Origin: Guillardia theta CCMP2712
Taxonomy: Eukaryota; Protista; Cryptophyta
NCBI RefSeq assembly: GCF_000315625.1
Contig: NW_005434653.1
Span: forward strand, 784,045-848,044
DNA length: 64,000 nucleotides
Reading direction: 5' to 3'
Below, piece after piece: positions 25,201-39,000 of the stretch. Position 1 is the first letter of the stretch. Each line of letters opens with the position of its first letter. The translations under genes and the position numbers were made by a program. The notes below the pieces were generated by a model. The model did not search any database and had not been told where the DNA came from. It saw only the letters and a list, made by a program, of their open reading frames with translations.

Positions 25201-26014
25201 GAGGCAGCGGCGGGGGCGAGGAGGATACGGAAGGGAGCCAAGGGTCTTATGGTTTGTTTCCGTATTGTTTTTTCTCGTCGTTGGTTTCATCGCTGGGTTT
25301 ATCAGTTTGTTTTTTCATCTCGTTCGGATGCTCTCAGATTATGTCATACACGTTCCCTGCAGTCATCGCTCGTCAGATGTTTTGTCGCATGGAAGGGTCA
25401 GGTGGTGGTGGGGAGATGGAGGCGGCGGTGGCTGCAGGAGACAGTGAGAAGGAGGGTCGGAGGTCAAGTGGTTCGCGTTCACATGGGCGCTTGGCTGTCT
25501 CGTCAGGTAAGGATCCGTGCGTTCCGTTCGATAAGCGGGAGGATGTCGAAGGGAGGAGGCGGGTATCATCTTGTTTCTTTCGTTGCTCTCATGGAATCAT
25601 TCGACGGGTTCGTGCGGGTGTTTTGGTCAGATTGCTCCATGATATACTACAAGGCAGGTACAAGTCTGATCTCGCTCCTCTCTCACTCTGTCTTGCAGAT
25701 CTGCGTCGCTTTCTCCGCTTGGAAGCTTCTTTGCCAGGACCTCATGTTTATCCAGCTCGAGCTCAAGAAGTTCGAGCTCGATCGACTTGAGAGCCTCCAG
25801 GTAGCGATCGCGATCGTGTTCGCATCCAGGCTTGACCATTGCCGCAGGCTCGTACCTTGCTAGGCTGGAGAAAGTTGGTGAAGCTCACGGGACGTTGGCG
25901 TGTCAATCTCAAGCCCGACATCACTGTCGCGCGCTTCGCCGTCAAAGATCCATCAGCGCATGGCAAGCAGCTGGCGATCTGCTGAGAGGAAGAAGGTCCC
26001 TCGGCTTCAGCTAG
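22256..26014 (+). CDS. Large coiled-coil protein with Sfi1-like (centrin-binding) Trp repeats
   Basis: Repeated [AF]xxW / AWxxW at ~23-33 aa spacing in ORF 22744-25863; Arg-rich; several introns. Confidence 0.6.
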
Positions 26015-28091
26015 CAGGCACGAGCACGCCTGCGAGGGACTTGCCCTTCACTTGGTCGATGTCGGTCGAGGAGTCGTCGGTATGCCACCTGAGGCGCGGG
26101 AGAGTCAGCGAGCAGCCGACGAGGCTCGTCACTGACCGTCTCATGCCCTCCTCGATCCCGAGCTCTCGATGCCGCAGCCTCGCCCTCGTCGTCTTGAGAT
26201 CGTCCTGCACCGCCACCAGCTACGCGTGCGTGAGGGCAGGAAGGGAGGCGAGCTAGTCACCAAGTCATTGAGACGAAAGATCTCATCTGCCTGGTCCATG
26301 ATGGTAAAGGTCATCTTTCCGATCTGAGACATCACTGATCAGATCTCTGCGCCTCCGCATGTCGGGTTCACTTCATCCACAGCCGAGTTGTCATCCCGCA
26401 GAGAGCTGCGATACTGCAGCCAGCTCGTCACGCGTCGGAGAGTCTAACGTGACCCGACAGCAGTCACCTTGTCAAGCAAGTCCTGTCGCACACGTGAGAG
26501 GAAGCAAGGCTGACGGCCCTCGACTCACTTCAGTCTCCCTCAGCTTCTTCTTCACTTGTACCAGCTCATCCTCCAAAGATTGTCTCGAGAGTCGAAGATC
26601 CACTTCGGACTTTCTGGCCATCGCAAGCTCAGCGTCAGTCTCGTGACATCGACTCTTGAGATCTGTGAGAGTTTGAATATCCGCATATTGCGACTATTAA
26701 ATACAATAAGCGTTAATGACAATGCTCGAATACAAGACACCTTTTTCAGAATTTCAATTTCCAATTCAAGAGCTTTCATCTTTTGCTCTCTTTTGGTTTC
26801 AGACTCTAGTCGATCTGTTTCTCGTTGTGCAATCAGGTCCATCAATTTGGAGATGGTCGCTGGCAAAGGAGTCAAGACATTCTTTTGCTCCTTGTGACAT
26901 ACTTTCTACTGCTGTCTCATCGTCTGCTGCTTTGTAGATTTGCTTCGAGAGATCCACTGGCAATGCAGATCAACATCGCAAGGACATCTAGAAGCAGAGT
27001 CACCAACAGCAGCCATGAGCTGATATTGGTAGAAGATTCGCCCGACGCTAGCAAAGTAAAGGATGGAGAATATGGAAGCTCCATTCGGCTTGATGACTTC
27101 GATCTGAATGCTTGACCCTAGGAAGCAGTCACGAGGCGACTTGATGGATATCGATCACGGCACCTTCTTGTGCCCCCCACAAGAGAGAGCTGCTGCTGGT
27201 TGCCGAGGCTTTCTTCTGAGCACGGCGTCAGTTACTTGTCGGTCTTGGGGGTCTTGTACCCCGTTGATCTTTGCGACGACATCGCCTCGCTGAAAGCTCT
27301 TGGTCTTGAATCTTGATCCACCCCTTAAGTCTCATTCCCTCCTCTTCCTCTCATGACTTACGCAGGGCTGCCGGGAATGATCGCTTCCACTTTGACTCCA
27401 CGAGCAGTCTCTACTCCGAGGATCAAACCGACGGTAGTCTGCAGACAAGAGTCTTGGTCATGGCGTCAAGGTTTCCCTTGCCACTCACTGTGCTCTTGGA
27501 CGAGCTGTCCACGTTCGACGAGCAGGCATGTGTCCCCGCGGCTTCTCCTGCCGTCTCCTCCTCCGGGAGAACACAACGTACCAGTCCAACAACTCGCAGC
27601 TGCGCGTTTGTGAACTCACAGCGAACCTGACGACATCGAGTCATACGACGAACTCATCCCTAACGTCATCACTGGCTCTTGCGATTGAGTGAGAAAATCG
27701 ACAAGACTTTCACTATCTTCCAACATCTTCGGATCTTGATTTCCAACCAAAGACAAGCTGCCAGACAGTGAGCTCCTCCTATTGTTTGCGTGTAGCAGAT
27801 TAAGTCACATGTCTCCGACTTGTAGAGCAGCAAGCTGTGATGATTGGTTGCTCAGATTGGTTTCAATGATCTTAGATATCTGCTCGAGTTGTCAACATTC
27901 TCACGTCTCTGACGAAATGCTGAACCTTGACTGTCTTCGATCGGTCGCACGAAGTTTCAATCAGCAAATTGCTCTTGTATGCCATCAAAAGTCAGAACCA
28001 CGCAAAGAGAAACATGTCTGATGCCATCCTAAAGATGTTGCTGACCTCCCTCCTGTTGTCTACCTGCATGTTCTCGTCGAACACGCGCATT
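26007..28091 (-). CDS. Hypothetical coiled-coil protein, multi-exon
   Basis: Exonic ORFs 26552-26875, 26141-26335 and 26007-26216 are E/K/R-rich with heptad character. Confidence 0.5.
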
Positions 28092-28692
28092 TTCACCGTC
28101 ACAGCCGTCATTGCGACGGTGTCCGGCGTGTGGCGGTAGCGTACGGTTCTTGCTAGTAGGAACATTCAAACGGAAAATAACCGTTTGAAGGGGTACATTT
28201 CATGCTGATACAAGGGGTAGGGGTGTGACAGCTCTTCGGATGGATGACCTGGTGTACAAGAGGGAAATGGAGGGGTAGGGGTGGTCCACGTCATGCCAGG
28301 GAGGCAGGGCTAAGCTCTTGGCGACCAGGCACGCGTGTCCTGTCATTCTGTCAGAGATTGTGGTCCCTACTCTCCTACTCTCCTCCTCTCCTTCCTCCTC
28401 TTCTTCGCTGCTCCTCTCCTTCTCTCCTTCTCTCCTTCTCTCCTTCCTCCTCTTCTTCTCGGCTCCCGCTCTTCCTCCATATCTCTCGTGCACTAGGACA
28501 CTTTGCAGTCTCAGTCGTCGATCCTGCCTTGATCCTTCCACATCCCCAAGCCCCGAAGAAGAAAACCTTGGTCCAATTGCTTGCAGCAGGGGTACTTTCA
28601 ACTACCTCCTGCTGATACAGCTCCTTCCCTCTTCCTGCCTCCGCCTTGCTTAGATTCTTCCTGTTCTTAATACGGTGCACACAACGGATCAC

Positions 28693-30095
28693 ATGATGAC
28701 ATTGCGTATCGGAGGAGTCGGGATGGCGAGAATCCTAGGCAGCAGTCTTATCCTCTTCACTATGCTGCAAAGCCTTGTCCTCATAGCCCATGCCCGAGAA
28801 GTGGCGGACCTGAACATCCCGCGGGGCTACACAGCGACGGACCCAACGCTGCGCAAGGCGATCACAGCATACAGGCAAGCTAGAGACCTGGACGAGCAGC
28901 TGAAGAAGAGCGAACGCTCTGTGCAGGCGCAGACGCGAGAGCTGAGAGACGAGCTGAAAAGATCGCATCCCACGTCGGCGCAGAGGAACAGCAAGGCATA
29001 CAAGCAGGAGGTCAAGATGGACGAGGACCTGCTCAACGAGGCGGAGCGCGAAACTCGCAAGGACAAGCGGCTAGTGCGCCAGTCAGAGGCAGAGATGCGT
29101 ACAGACAAGTCATTCCTGGAGGCAGCCTACTCCAAGGACGTGAAGAGATATGGACCCAGCCGCTCGGACTGCCCCTCCATGAGCTGTCATCAAGCCAAGA
29201 TGCTGGGAAGGAGCCCGGCGGCGTGCACGTCCTACTCGGATTGTCCGCGCATCAACTGCTTCGACTATCAGGAGTCTGGCGTCTGCTCTCGGGGGAGGAT
29301 CTGTGCGCGACCGCACAGACAGTCGGAGGGATGTTTCGTGAAGGAGAGAGTGCACCACTGGAGCCGGAAGAAGTGCCCAGGCATGCACTGTCTGCATGCC
29401 AAGAAATGGGGGTACCTTCCTCAGTTCTGCACGGTGACAGTAGACGAGGGTGTCTGTCCTTCCATCCGATGCCACGTGTACAAACAGGAGACGAGCTGTC
29501 AGGGCTCTGTTGATCAGGGATACTCACAGGGGCTAGTGTGCCAACGCCCTCAGGTTTGCTCTTCGGAGGTGTTGCGTCCAGTGAAGTTGTTGAATGCAGG
29601 GGGCAGATACTACTTGTCTCAAGGCAAATGCTGTTGGCAAGTACGTGAGGTCCAGGGATGCGCAAGTGAACACCGCTGGAGTAAGTCCGCTGCACAACAG
29701 ACATTCGGTGACAATGTTGTTGTTGTGGCTGTTGTTGTGGTTGTGGTTGTGGTTGTGGTTGTGGTTGTGGTTGTGGTCGTGGTCGTGGTCGTGGTTGTGG
29801 TTGTTGTTGGAGATGATGATGACAACGAGAGATTTGTGTTGAATGATTTTGTGCTGGACAGAGTATCTCAGAATGGTCCACACCCAAGTACGTGGAGAAC
29901 AGGATGGGAATCCTAATCCTCCTCCTCTTCTTGTCATGCTCAGGTTGCTGCATTCCCGGTTCAGCATTTTGGGCTGACCGTACCGTTGCTCTCCTTGCAG
30001 CTGCTGGAGCGTTCATCCTCTTCCGCAGGAATGCACGCAAGTTAGCCAAGGGGAAACGTCCTCCCCCTGTGCCCTCCTACTTCGGCAGGTTGTGA
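28693..30095 (+). CDS. Type I membrane/secreted protein: signal peptide, charged helix, two Cys-rich repeats, C-terminal TM
   Basis: CPSMSC..C..CPRINC..C duplicated as CPGMHC..C..CPSIRC..C; TM VALLAAAGAFILF followed by RR. Confidence 0.6.
29716..29810 (+). repeat. (GTTGTG/GTCGTG)n microsatellite, probably intronic
   Basis: Direct. Confidence 0.85.
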
Positions 30096-30337
30096 GTCCT
30101 AGATCTTTCACGAATAAACTCAAACGTGTATCATGATGATGCTTTGATTCCTTCTCAACTGGCAGTTGTACACACAACCATCACCTGACTGACAACTGGT
30201 AAAGGCAGCACCGGGACTTCCAGTCTGACTGAAGACTATCGGGGCGGGCTCGGACAGGGGCTCGGGAGGGAAGGGCAGGAGCGAGGGAGTTTGTGGAGCA
30301 GGCAACCGCAAGGGGCAACAAGCGAAAACATGGAGAT

Positions 30338-30510
30338 GCGAGGAGAGGAGAACATGGGATGCGAGGAGAGGAGAACATGGGAGAGGAGAGGAGAACATGG
30401 GAGAGGAGAGGAGATCATGGGAGAGGAGAGGAGATCATGGGAGAGGAGAGGAGATCATGGGAGAGGAGAGGAGATCATGGGAGAGGAGAGGAGATCATGG
30501 GAGAGGAGAA
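30338..30510 (+). repeat. 20-bp purine-rich tandem repeat (gagaggagaggagatcatgg), ~8 units
   Basis: Direct. Confidence 0.9.
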
Positions 30511-30617
30511 CGTTGGGGAGGAGAGCGGGGGAGAGGAGATACCGAGGCATGCATGTACTTGTTCAGCTTACGAGGGCTTGAGCGTTCATGGTATGGGAGT
30601 TGTTGACTTCATGGCAG

Positions 30618-33335
30618 GTCCAAGCAAATGGAGGAGGCGCAAGGACTGAAGGCGAGGAATGCGGATAAGTGAGGAGAGACAGTGTTGTTCTGCTTCTAAC
30701 AGTTTGATGGAAGGAACGTCGCTGTTCAGGGAGTCATTCCCGGCAACATCTTCAAAGATCTTGGTATGCTCGCATGCCGCTGATTGGTTTTACTCACTCG
30801 CCTCAGATATGCTGGAGCTTCACTTTCAAGGCTTGGAGGTGTTCCAGAGCGAGTGGACTGTTGATGAAGACATGTACACCATCCCTCCCTCCCTCCCTCC
30901 CTCCCTCCTTCCTGCCCTGACCCTCCCCTTTTCAAGCATTGTGAACCTTGTTCAGGTTTGTTTTGAAGCATTTTGGCATGAAGAAGACAGCAGCGGCGAA
31001 AATAGAAAACCTTTACAATGGTGCTATCCAAGAGATTGCTGACTGTAGACTGCTGATATTCGTGTCAGGGATGATACACAAACTGCAATACACGTTCACC
31101 AAGGAAGGAGTGTCCGTGGATGACCTGAAGAAACGATTTGAGGACCTGTCGAACCCGCAGCAGGCGAACCGATCGGAGCTGATCAAGATGTTCCTTCAGA
31201 CGGAAAGCAGGGCGGAGCGAGAGGCGGTGGGAACCTTGCAAGAGCTGAAGACGCAGGACTCCTTGTCCAATAAGAGTGCGGAGGACAGCTTCTCGTCCAA
31301 GGACGCGACCATTGAGGTGCGGGTGGTAGGAGACCGCCCAGAGCCTCAAATCGTCATGGCAAAGCGAAAGCCTCTCCTTGATCAAAGCGATTTCTTCCGA
31401 ACTAGAACCGCCAGCATCGATCTCCCGAACTCTCCAGCAGTTGTCGAGCTAGATGTCAACGACACGAACTTGAAGGCTGTAAAACCATTCCAGGTCTTAT
31501 CCAGCAACATCCTCGAACGAGTTTTCAAGGTCTGCGAAAATCCGCAAATCGTTGAGAAGGCGCAAGTCTTGGAAGATGAATTGAGGGAGCTCAAGGAAAG
31601 GATTGACAACAAATACGACGACAATCTCAAGGGACTGCATAGACGACGAGAAGAGTGGGTGGCGAAGGCGAAGCTGAAGCTAGTGGACGAGAAGGAAAGT
31701 CTCGTGAAGGAGAACGAGATAGAATTTCAAGAGTACATCTCCAACATCAAAAACGCGTTTGACCGAAGGCTGGAAAAAGCCCTCGCTCTGCGAGAACGGC
31801 AGTATCAGAAGCACTTGGACGACATCCAGCTTTTCTTCTCGACCGAGGAAGAGTTGTTGAGAAGCTGGACGCAACGAGTGAAAATCATTGAAGGAGAGCG
31901 CGCGAACAATGAACTGACAGCTTACAAGAATCTGATTGCTGAAATATTTGACAAGGACGTCACGTTGAAGCTCGCTTTAGCAGCGAGCTTGTTCCAGATC
32001 AGTGCTCTAGAAGACGCTTGCAAGTCTCTGGTGTCAAAGAACTTCATGGATTACATCGACTGCAAAGAGTGGTCTTCTGACTTGATTAAGGAGAAATATC
32101 ATCGTGAGTTGCTCCCAGCTTTGAGCACATGGGAGATTCTGGAACTGCAAAGACTTGAACCACCCCAATCTTGGTTGCACAAAGACTTTCTCAAGAGCGA
32201 AATTGCTCAACGGAGAAAAATCATCCGACAAGAGCTGGAGGAGATGAACAATCGAGAGTTGCATGCTATCACTGAATCAAATCATCCCTTCCCGGACCTG
32301 GTGGAGGCAGCCGTCAGCAAGCGAAATTCTTCTCGGTCGAAGTTTCTGCTCGTCTGTCTCGCACTGACATTCTTTCAGGGGCATGGGCGCTCTGAACGCG
32401 TCCTTGAAGTGCGCGCACATTCGCCTGTCCAACTCCAACTCAACTGTCTCGGTCATTCACCCGCAGAGGTTTGCGCCAGTGCAGGGCATTGTTCATGTGG
32501 TCTGTGGCTCCTGGGGGCGACCCTATTACGAGGTCACCATTGACCACCTTGACGCTGCCTTCGGCTCCACCTGTGCGGTCGGATGGGACTTGAAGAGAGA
32601 GTCCCTTGCCAACTTCCCTATCGCCGGACTGACGTGCGGGGAGGACGGAGTGTCGTACGGGGTGTCAATCCAGAACGACGGGTTCGTGAATGCCAGAGGA
32701 AAGGTTCGTATCAAGCCCATGCCTTGCAACATGCTCATCGCTGCTGCTTGCCAGGCGGAGTTTGTCGGCTTCTCGTTCCATCAGAACTCAGTAGTGGGGT
32801 GTGGCCTCGACCTCGCCAACAGTCGCGCTGTGTTCGTCGTGAATGGAAAGACCATCGACCTGTCGGCTGCTCAGGAGGTTTTAGCTGAGGCGGGCTGTCT
32901 GTTCTCTTGATTGAGTTGAAGCAGGAAGACATGAGACTACAAGCTAACTGCGCTTTCGTTCCTGCTGCCACCATCTTTGCCGCTCGGCTGAATTCACAGG
33001 TGTACCTGCTTGCTTCCATCCCTCGGCCCTGCTCCCTTCCACCCCTCCCTCTCTCCCTCCCTTCCCCCCTCTTTCCCTCCCTCCCACCCCCCTCCACTCT
33101 CTCCATCCTTCCCTCCCTCCCTATCTGCCTTGGTTTTGGCTTCTTTCAGCTCCTGAGCAAATCATCATGCTGCTTCAGTGTCAAGTCACCTTCAACTTCA
33201 CTGGACCTTTCAAGTTCGAGCAATTCTTCAAGGATGGTCGATGGAGCGCGCTTGCTGACTCGAAGAGCAAGGATGTATAGCATATGTACATTGTTTCTCT
33301 TAGTGTGTAGTGTAAGGTGTACAGTCAATTTATGA
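30618..33335 (+). CDS. Coiled-coil protein with C-terminal SPRY domain
   Basis: PYYEVTI, CAVGW, YGVSIQNDG, VVGCGLDL..VFVVNGK, FVPAA motifs; boundaries approximate. Confidence 0.75.
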
Positions 33336-33499
33336 TACACGTATCTATATTTCTTGATACATACTGACAAGTAAAATCCTTGAACTTAAACAAGACAGAT
33401 TTTTGTTGGACTCGATGAGACTTCTTCATCATGATACGACTCGTTCAAATGATCATTCATCAGGCGCCGATGCAGAAGCACCTTCTGCTTGTACTGCAT

Positions 33500-35062
33500 C
33501 AGGAGATTTTCATGCAAGCTGCTTATGAAGTCAGACTCGTCCTCGAACCGCATCGTCAGCACACCTTCCGTTCACGGACTCGCTTCGACTCTTATCCGAC
33601 GGGAGGTCGTTGGAGGGCGAGTTGAAGTGAACGCCTGCTGCAGGAGTCAAGCTCGCATGCTCGTGCCGAGAGGCGTTACAAGAGGCGTTACCGCTCGCGA
33701 TGCTCTCTCCCTTGCCAGGGGATGGAGATTCAGAGATGACACTGGGAGGGTCCTGCCAGCCGAGGGAAGCGAGCGAACAAGCTTCGGAGGACATAGACCA
33801 GGGGCTCCAGCCCTCTCCGACGCTTGCTCGGACCCTGAAGGAGTAGACAGCCTCCTAGGCGACAGTCAAGGTTCGGTCAGGCCTCTCTCTCCGCCCTCCT
33901 CCTCACCTCACGAACAGGAATGCAGTGAGACGTGTCCCTCAGCGAGTTGCTTACCAACACCCAGTTCCCCCTTCCACCAACTAGTCATCGTCCCAACAGG
34001 AGCGGAGGGAGAACTCACCAGCACGAGGCTCTCGCGTCTTTGAACCGATACTGAAGCTCGTACAGCTGAGCGCTTCTTAGCGGGTTCCACCGGATGCTGA
34101 TGCTGCTGTCTTCTCTCAAGAATGTGTGTATCGATGGAGCAGACGAGGCAAGAGACGGTTGGAGGTTCTGAATCTCCCAACCTTTGCTGTCAACGCGATC
34201 ATCGCTGTGCTGTGAGTCTTTCAACTCCGATGAGACTGCGTGAGAGTGTCTTGAGGTTTTAGATGTATCAAGAGAACCATCATGTCTGTTTGATTGCCCT
34301 GACTTTCTATCTGGGCTTCTTCTTGAATCTTGACTTCGATCTCTCGTCGCATTCAGTTGTCTCCTCATTGCGCTGAGCCACCAATAATGAAACACACGTC
34401 TTCGTTGAGATCTCACCATCCTAGCTGACAGGGCCGCTAGTATTTTACTCTGAAAGTCCTTAGGGGAGAAAGTCTGAAAGGAAAGAAGTCAAGAGAATCG
34501 AGAGGAGAACCGGGTCTTACACTTGCATCAGGTTTGTTCGTCCTCGATTCACGTCTTCGCACCTCCTGCTCACTTTGCCATCCCATCCAAGCAAGCAGAG
34601 CTGTTCTCACCAACATCATCTCTCGATGCCATGTGAACAGGACCAATGTTTTCCTCTTCTTCGTTTGAATACGATAAAATCTCTGCCAAAATGACAGGCA
34701 AATTTTCATGAGTACCTGGCTGCATGGCTCTGAAAAGCACATGCCCAAGTTCCGTTGGTGGCTAACAGCCATCCATGCTCTCCGCATTAGCCTCGAGACA
34801 TGAAGCGTAGCAGAGAATCGATCAAGCATGTTCAGATAAACTTGTGACAAACTTCTGTTTTCTTTTCTTTCCCTCATCTCTACCTACTGAAAGCTCCTAA
34901 CAAAAGTCATGGTAAGCAACAACCAACATTGGCGGAAGAAAACAGGAAAGAATACAGCGAGCTACTCAATATAATGGCAACCTTGAATGAGATTGATCTT
35001 CATAGATTGTGAATGCCGTTCTGTCTGTCTTCCCATCACTAGATCCATCTCACACCTCTACA
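33500..35062 (-). CDS. Hypothetical protein with Sfi1-like Trp motifs and Ser-rich tail
   Basis: LMRRAWMA, CLSFWQ, ALLAWMGW, RVFHYW; boundaries uncertain. Confidence 0.4.
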
Positions 35063-35224
35063 TGTTGTCAAGATCCGTGAGGAGTCGAAATCATCGCGCC
35101 CTCTTTCCCTCTCCCCCACTCCCCACCCGCCTCCCCCCCGCCGCTGCCAGGCTTAGAGTTTGAGGGTTTCTTTGAAAGTTCGCTCTCCTCTACTATCCTG
35201 CCTCGGATCCTTTTCTCTTTATAT

Positions 35225-35460
35225 TCTGTTCTCCTGTTCTCCTGTTCTCCTGTTCTCCTGTTCTCCTGTTCTCCTGTTCTCCTGTTCTCCTGTTCTCCTG
35301 TTCTCCTGTTCTCCTGTTCTCCTGCTGCACTCTTCTGTTCTTCTGTTCTTCTGTTCTCCTGTTCTCCTGTTCTCCTGTTCTCCTGCTCGACTCTTCTGTT
35401 CTTCTGTTCTCCTGCTCGACTCTTCTGTTCTTCTGTTCTCCTGCTCTTCTGTTCTTCTTC
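35225..35460 (+). repeat. 8-bp (ctcctgtt)n tandem repeat
   Basis: Direct. Confidence 0.9.
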
Positions 35461-36001
35461 CGCATGTCCGACTCAAGCTCCTTGCCGGAGGCTGCTCTGC
35501 CGCTGTTCTCCTCGTTCACCCGCCCATTTCGAGTCATGCTCAGCATCGGAGGTCAGGTTACAGTCGGGGAGGGCAACCAGGGGAGGAGGTAGGGGTAGGT
35601 GTTGATCAGTCATTAGGTAGGGTGGGGTACTGGATGATGGGAGGGTGGGTCGTTTCAATGAGAAACATCCGAGGAAGTGAGGCGGGCTCAGAGTTGATTC
35701 TATGTAGAGGGTTGATGGCGGTCAAAGTGAAGGGGCATCATGGCAAGATGTAGATGAAGCAGTAGCGCAACAAGACGAGCGGAGCCATGATGCAGTCAGT
35801 GATGAACTAGTCCGACAAGAGAAGGCAAGATGGACCATGGAGGACAGGAAGAACCCCACCAGTGCGGTCAGTCGCGAAGACCAAGGATAAAAGATGGAGC
35901 CAGGAGAGAGAGAGTGAGATTGACTGTTGAGCAAATTTTAAGGCACTGCATCTCATAACTTTCATTTGTTACAGTGCTACTTCGGAGATTTGAGTGCCGG
36001 C

Positions 36002-39000
36002 ATGTCTGTTTGGCAACGTTGTCTCCTCATAGGCTTGGCACTTTCTTCACTCATCTCAACGCGAGCGCTTGACATTGCATCCGTGGATATCTCATGGAGT
36101 ACCTGCAACTCTGGATTCTATGACCCCGCCTTCCCGCAAGTGTGTCAACAAGATCGATACAATCCTTTACATGTTGCGGTACGCCATGGCTGCGTCTCAA
36201 GCTTGTATGACATGTGTTGATAGGTCACGGTCTCGACCGTATGGTGGAACATGTACCTGAAGGCTAGTCAAGGTCGCACGGAGCTGCAGTCACAGGGGCC
36301 AGGGCGATATCTCCCACAGAACCAATCCTTGTTCCTCCGCAGCATGTTCGACGCGTTCAAGCAGGAGATTGGCTGGAGGCATGTCGACGGGCAGATGGAG
36401 CTGGTGCCCTACGAGTATCTAGGGCAGCAGGAGGGAGAAGGCTACAACTTCCATGTGGACCATGTTCAGCGAGACGCTTCCGGCATTCTACACCATGTGG
36501 CCTCGCACTTCACTTTCTCCTTCATGGCTCCAAGCTCAGGAGACTACGAGCTGGTATTTCAAGGATGCTGTCGCTGGCCTGAGCTTGCAAATATTCCCAG
36601 AGTTCTTTTCCCCCAGCAGGTTCCTTGGCAGGTTCGCGCAAGAGCAATGCTCTCGAGCATGACCCCCGTCCCCGTCATGTCGCCAAGAGCGTCAGTCCCG
36701 ATCATTCAGATGCGGTTGAGATCAGGAGGTACCCGAGCCTTCATGTTTCGATCAAAATCCGGTCTTGTTCACGTGCCAATCATTTGCGTACCTTGACGAC
36801 TTAAACCAGGCTCAACTCTTAAATCTGTGCTGAGCGATGCTGACGTCAGCGGAAAATACGTCGAGTTGCCATTGAAGCTGCATATCGATTCCACTATTAC
36901 AATCAGGAAGGCGGGCAGCTATTCTGCATTTGTCCGTGAAGATGGAATGTTCTCTATTCTCTGGCTGGAATCCTCTAGTGATAGATTCTTGCTTCCTTAC
37001 AACGGTACATCCCTCTCCCGCGCTTCCCCTGCCCACTGAATCTCCTCGACAGGTGCTTGGGCGACTGGCGCGTGTTGGGTGGTCGCACGTGGAAATGCGT
37101 CGAATTTCATCGACCGCATGCCGTCATACCAGCAGAACTATCCTCACGTCGAGGGTATCGGTGGCGTCTGGGATTCGAGCTATGGCGACTTGCGGTACTT
37201 GGGCCCGTCATGGCGGCCAGAAGCAGTTTCCCTTGCGCACAGCGGAGCGATGTGCCACGTGCAATACGACAACGCGTTTCAAGTCGATGCGTACATTCCC
37301 TTCAATAAGTTTGCGGGTGACCTGAGCTTTCATCTGGTGGACGCAAGCTCCTTGGGCTCCTTGTACCCCTACCAGGTCTGCCACCCCTGTCCCTGCTGGC
37401 CCTTTGACTCTCACACTAGCAATTCGCCCAATTCCCGCTGAGCCAAGTGTCCGGGTTGTACCTGGACCCTGCGGTCGGAGTCCTCTATGTCCCTCCCTCG
37501 GCCTTGCAGCTGTGCACAAGCGCGAGCGAACTTGAGCAAGCGAAAGGAGCGTTTCTCTCCTGGCTGCCTCCATGCGCCTTCACCGTCGGGGTAGAAGTTC
37601 GCAGGTGAGGAGAGACTCAGGCTCTTTTGCTCTGACTGGCTCAATTTGTCGGTGCCTCGACAGCTCCATGGGCTCTACTCCTGTTGAGATTTTTGTGGAG
37701 GTTGTACAGGAGGTGAACTATGTTTCACCGCAGCTGGACATGCTGGTCGGATCCAGGTGACAACGATAGCTCTGGAGCAGGTCTGTGACCTGTTGATCCA
37801 CTCAGCTCTGCCTGGAACCTCCACTCGAGTCCCTCAAACCCCTACAAGCTCAACTGCCTCGACCAGGTCAGCGTCACGTTCAAAGTAGGAATGCCGCTGG
37901 CCTCCGCTCTCACGGCCTCGTCGCTGCCTGTCAAGATGGATGTGTACCTCACATCATGGAACCCGAGGTGACCTGTCCCTTTCTCTCTCCCTCCTCCCTC
38001 CTTTCTCCTCCCTCCCTCCCTCCCTCCCTCCTCCCTCTTCCTTTTCCGTCTCCTTTTGAAGTTTAAATCTGCTTTACACCACACATGTTTTACCTTTTGT
38101 CCCCAATACCCCGTCTTGTGTCGACCTCTTCTTCCTTTTCTTTGTCGCTGACATTGCTTCTTCAGCTTTGCCATAAACCTGCTTGACCCGACTGTTGTGC
38201 GCAATCAAGACCTTCTGAACGGCAACGGGCAGGCTGTCTTGACGCTCACGCCCATTTGCTCCAAGGTTCTGGACCAGCAGTCTGCCATGCTCTGCGCGCA
38301 GGTTTTTCTGTCGGTCAACAGCACAGCTTGTCAAATTGAAGGAGCGACCGAGGGACGTTGCTTGGCTACTTCTCTTCCTACCTCCTGCCTCTTTCTCACA
38401 GTCGTCAACGCTACTGCCGTCCTGCACCCTCTTGCTGCTCCGGCGCCTCCTCCACCTCCTCCGCCTCCTCCTCCTGTGCAGAACGCGATCAAGCTGGTGG
38501 ATTTCAACCCGGTGGCTCCGGCTCCCTTCGACTACATCCATGTCCTCAACGTTGCCGGGCTAGCGCAGCTGAATCGACGAGTGAAAGAGTCATTCCTCGT
38601 TGCTTTCTCCTCCTCAGCCTGACCTGATTCTAGGGGCTTCGTCTACCTCCAGTTCACACAGGATGTTGACACGCTTGACTTTGGTATCGCCAAGAAGAAG
38701 TTCAACCCGGCCTACTCGTGCCTGTGTGCTGGTGCCCGCGATCTTGTGCTGCAAAGGTGACAAGCTTCTCCGATGCTTCTTGCATCCTCCACAATTATCA
38801 TCCCCCCACACGCCCCTCCTCCCCTCCACCCTTTTCCTTCGTTGCTCGCTCGGGCTTCCCATCGCTGTCCTTACTCACGTTCCCAGGACGCTCATCGACA
38901 AGTGGAATCAGGATTACAACTCGCTGGATTCCCCGTACAGGTGAGCAGAGGGCGGAGGAGGCGCGAGGAGGCACCGACGCTTGTCCTAGGGGCGTCCATA

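Noticed and set aside
24446-25790. Overlapping Gly-rich and Pro-rich ORFs
   Set aside because: Shadow frames of the T-poor block
29716-29810. Poly-Val transmembrane segment
   Set aside because: Microsatellite, most likely intronic
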